Shown: positions 61,349 through 64,000 of the stretch, piece after piece | How positions within the stretch are numbered: the stretch's first letter is position 1 | Layout: each line of letters starts with the position of its first letter | DNA from: Malacoraja senta | Lineage: Eukaryota | Length of the DNA: 64,000 bases | Direction: 5' to 3' | Assembly (NCBI GenBank): GCA_038087875.1 | Contig: CM075993.1 | Span: 8,434,001-8,498,000 of the forward strand | Notes under the pieces: generated by a model | What the model was told of the DNA's origin: nothing | What the model saw: the letters and a program-made list of their open reading frames with translations, nothing else | The model's database searches: none | Translations under genes and position numbers: made by a program

Positions 61349-63734
61349 ATTGGAAGTTTGTTCTGAACTACTTGGGGCCTTTGACAGGTTGACGTTGTTC
61401 TGTGATCTCCCATGATAGTCTGTACGTGAGAGTATCTTTGTCACATTCCCCCTTTCCTCCCCTCCCCATTTTTTATTTCCACCTGTTCTGTGGAAGTGAT
61501 TAATGCGTCATTTGGAATTGATTTTCTGTGAATTAAAAACTTAAATTGGACATCATTTCTTTTAAATGAGAGGGGGAAACATTTTTTTCAAAAAGCAGAA
61601 AGAAATAATGTACAAAAATGTTGTACTGCTGAATATGGTGCAACCAGAATTGTGGCTGAACTTTCAATCTGCCAAGGGAAGTAACAGGCCACAAAGTGCA
61701 GTTTGCTCACGGGGGAAGTGAAATTAATGCAGAGTGCTTCAAATATCAGGGCTGCTGACAGCTAGGGCCAGTGTTAGTCATTTGAGCACTCATACCGAGA
61801 TAAGATTACCACATTCGCAGCAAGCTCCAAACATTGCACTCAGACTAGGAAAACCTTAGTCATCCACTTGGGCTTGTGTTTTGTTTCCAACTGTGGTGAG
61901 AGTTGTGAGTGCATGTGGTAACACTCACCTCAAAGCCCTGGAATAGCTCACACCAACAAGTGGAGGCTTTTCACATGGACTTCATTTGCACAAATTGGAC
62001 TTGGGCAGACTTAAACAGCTGGATTTGCTTACACCTCTTGTGCAGTACTTGATTTACAAACCCTCAAGAATGTGTCATGATGATCTCTCCTCTCTCAGCC
62101 TGAGCTACCTCCCCCAGTTCAGAGACAGGCACGTTGAAACGGCAAACGCTTTATTTACACTGTCACTTTATCCTTTAGCCTTGGTATGATTCCAGCCGTC
62201 AAACACAAAGTTGCAACAACTGCAATATCGCAGCTACTTCCCACCTCACAAAGAGCTTAGCCACGGCATCATCTATTCCCCCTTCCTCGTGGAAGGTCTA
62301 ATGTACATCAACAAAAATGCTCCCCTGCAGGTGTTTCATTTCACAGAACCATCCAATGCTCCTCATTAGAGAGTGTTTAAGAGACACCACCACTTTCGCT
62401 TGCAAATAATCCAACACTCAGTTCTGTTCAATCTTTTTCCATGCACAAGGTTAAGATTAAATAGAGAACCTTGGACTGCTCTTTAAAATGAAAGCCATTT
62501 AACCTCCTAGTAAAAAACTGAAATGTAGTCAAAACTAGCAGCTCCCCCTCTCTCTGATCCAGCACGAGCTGCTAAAGATTGTTAATTATTTAGTGTACAT
62601 CAGGTATTCGGGCATTATCTTGTACATGACAAAGGTCAAATGTGAGGCCTCATTTATTCACAGAATGCCTTGCGAGATGTGATAAATAATAATCATTGTT
62701 ATTAATGCACTTTCAGCCTGTAATCTTAAAGCTATTATAACTTTCGACTGATCTTTGTTGCTGCCTGCTCTTGAGGGAACATTCCAACCTTACTTTCCCT
62801 GTATAAACTGAAATTAGTTGCAGATTATTTCCTTGAAACCAGGTTTATGGTTCTGTTTTTGTTTAATAATGTTGCTGACTATTTTCTGAGCTCAGCTCTA
62901 TAATTGGATCCTGAGTGATCATCACATTGGTATTGGTTTATTGTTGGTATTATGCTTGCCCAGTCCTCGATCTTTGGCATTGCCCCTCCATTACAGCCCC
63001 AAGGAGGCAGGCAGGCAAGCATGGTGTTATCTTCCACCATTATTCCCATTTAGAAAACCATCTAGTCTCTCTGTGTTCTAGCTTTAAATAACAACTGTTC
63101 TTTTTTCCCACCGACCCACCGGAACAGTTGAGGCAAGAGGGGGGCAGGCGTGCTAGCCTTGAACCCATTTGGCCGTTCTGTGAGATCATGATTGAACTTT
63201 GCCATTTCCATGTATCTATTGTCCTATATCCTTTAACCACTTTTAGTTATTTAAAATAATCTCATTTATAATTTGTAATTAATCTGCCTTTAATGAAAGA
63301 GACTTCTAAACGTGTGCTATTACTTGCATGTAGAGGAGTTTCCAATTTCCAAATGTTTCTCCCGAAATGCCTGGTTTCATATTTTGGACAAATGGATTAT
63401 TGTGGTCTTCTCAAATATCAGAAGTGGATTCCTCTCCCCATTTTATCCTATAAGTCAGCGTGGCTTCAGCTACAAACCTATCCGTGTTCCCATTCCTAAC
63501 CCTCACCCTGGCTCCAGCCACACATCTGGAGCTCCACACATCTGCAACTCGCACTCTGGCGACAATTGTGGGAATCAGATGTCAAACTATCCAAACATTT
63601 GGGTATCAAATCAGCAGAGTTTACTGTATCCTGTTCTGTCTCGTTGAGATCCAAATCTCACATTTGTCAACATTGAATTCCCTTTGCCGCACTTTCACTT
63701 AATTTGTTGGTATCTGCTAGTAATTTATTTTGGG

Positions 63735-64000
63735 AGCTACTGTGGGGCAGTAGTTGAGTTACCAGTTGGCATCCTGAACACTGGATTAACAGTCCTAACA
63801 AAGAAGCTGTGAAATATAAATCTGTTAATTAAATAATCAGAAATGTTAATAAATACTACTTAATAATGGTGACTGTGAAACTATCAGCCTGTTGTAAAAG
63901 CCCATCTAATTCAAAGTTCTTCAGAGAAGAAAATCTATTGACCTTACTCAATCTAGCCCATGTGATTACATGCCCAGAGCAATGGCTTAATGGTTTGTAG
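63735..64000 (+). mobile_element. Possible ancient SINE remnant
   Basis: ggtgactgtgaaactatc...tgttgtaaaagcccatct...gagaagaaaatct resembles an old chondrichthyan repeat as I recall it; highly decayed. Confidence 0.35.

Overview
This is eukaryotic, repeat-dense vertebrate DNA. The repeat families (HE1/V-SINE-like SINE, CR1, Rex1/Babar, L2, RTE, Penelope-like) suggest a cartilaginous fish, probably a skate or ray; this is an inference. The only host coding sequence I can support is one 223-nt internal exon (50965-51187, +) of a ZNF609 orthologue, so the rest is most likely intron. The most interesting signal is a high-copy Penelope-like element (PLE) family. GIY-YIG endonuclease remnants are linked to a terminal repeat carrying a minimal hammerhead-ribozyme motif (CTGAAGA-A-GGGT-CTCG-ACCC-GAAA-CGTC). 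This repeat has spread as 90-250 bp units with 9-17 bp target-site duplications (TSDs). Many are fold-back insertions with one short end and one end carrying a ~35-37 nt tail. Other notable items: a GC-rich non-autonomous retroelement seen with two different LINE-type tails, a 1,042-bp TAG...CTA DNA transposon with a 7-bp TSD, two other MITEs, and an ~850-bp (CT)n tract. Most ORF-track entries are spurious or transposon remnants. Family names come from motif recognition only, with no database search, and the boundaries of old repeats are approximate.
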